Assembly: GCA_040772005.1 (NCBI GenBank)
Contig: JAXGYZ010000002.1
Location: forward strand, 1-64,000
Direction of reading: 5' to 3'
Length of the DNA stretch: 64,000 bases
From: Anaerolineae bacterium
GTDB lineage: Bacteria; Chloroflexota; Anaerolineae; CG2-30-64-16
In this document: positions 63,961 through 64,000 of the stretch, one piece after another
Numbering within the stretch: position 1 is the stretch's first letter
Layout of the letters: each line of letters opens with the position of its first letter
Made by a program: the position numbers and the translations under genes
Notes under the pieces: model-generated
What the model was told of the DNA's origin: nothing
What the model saw: the letters and a program-made list of their open reading frames with translations, nothing else
Databases searched by the model: none

Positions 63961-64000
63961 CGTAATGGGTGCGGCAAACGCGCCTTCGCGCTCTTCCGTC

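Overview
This is a high-GC (about 65-70%) bacterial chromosomal segment. It looks Chloroflexi-like, which I infer from the PT-rich linkers, a GAAC-N4-GTTC (Cheo-type) LexA box and the thermophile-style housekeeping genes. The window opens with tRNA-Leu(CAA). It then runs through roughly 55 protein-coding genes, most of them housekeeping: sigA, infA, rpsU, SUI1, rsfS, ndk, tyrA, murJ, gpsA-like, korAB, a tupBCA-like tungstate/molybdate ABC transporter, lexA-mpg, and the moxR-rsmI-DUF58-DUF4129 genes. One IS110-family insertion sequence is present. The intergenic space is unusually dense with small repeat families. One is a roughly 165-bp MITE with terminal inverted repeats and target-site duplications, in 3 copies. 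Another is a family of REP-like hairpins, GTCCGCATTCTCAAATGCGGAC and variants, sitting in 5' UTRs. There are also inverted arrays of TTACTCG heptamers, a GGTGACAA octamer microsatellite, and nested AAACCCGGTTT hairpins. None of these is a CRISPR array. Two loci are the best candidates for an undescribed system. The first is a two-gene module at 17.7-22.2 kb: a STAND/AAA_16-type ATPase, followed by a paralogous pseudo-ATPase fused to GAF and PP2C(SpoIIE) phosphatase domains, with an SOS-box-controlled small ORF immediately downstream. The second is a tandem pair at 0.3-3.4 kb directly beside the tRNA that shares a novel roughly 120-aa C-terminal domain: one copy is a secreted SH3b lipoprotein, the other hangs outside a membrane protein that carries two cytoplasmic cNMP-binding domains. 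Other oddities: a RarA recombination ATPase fused to a SAM methyltransferase domain, a glycosyltransferase gene truncated by a heptamer-repeat insertion, a duplicated 16-bp perfect palindrome upstream of a methyltransferase gene, and a tupB-like gene with no canonical in-frame start codon. No classical defence island, prophage or CRISPR-Cas locus is visible.
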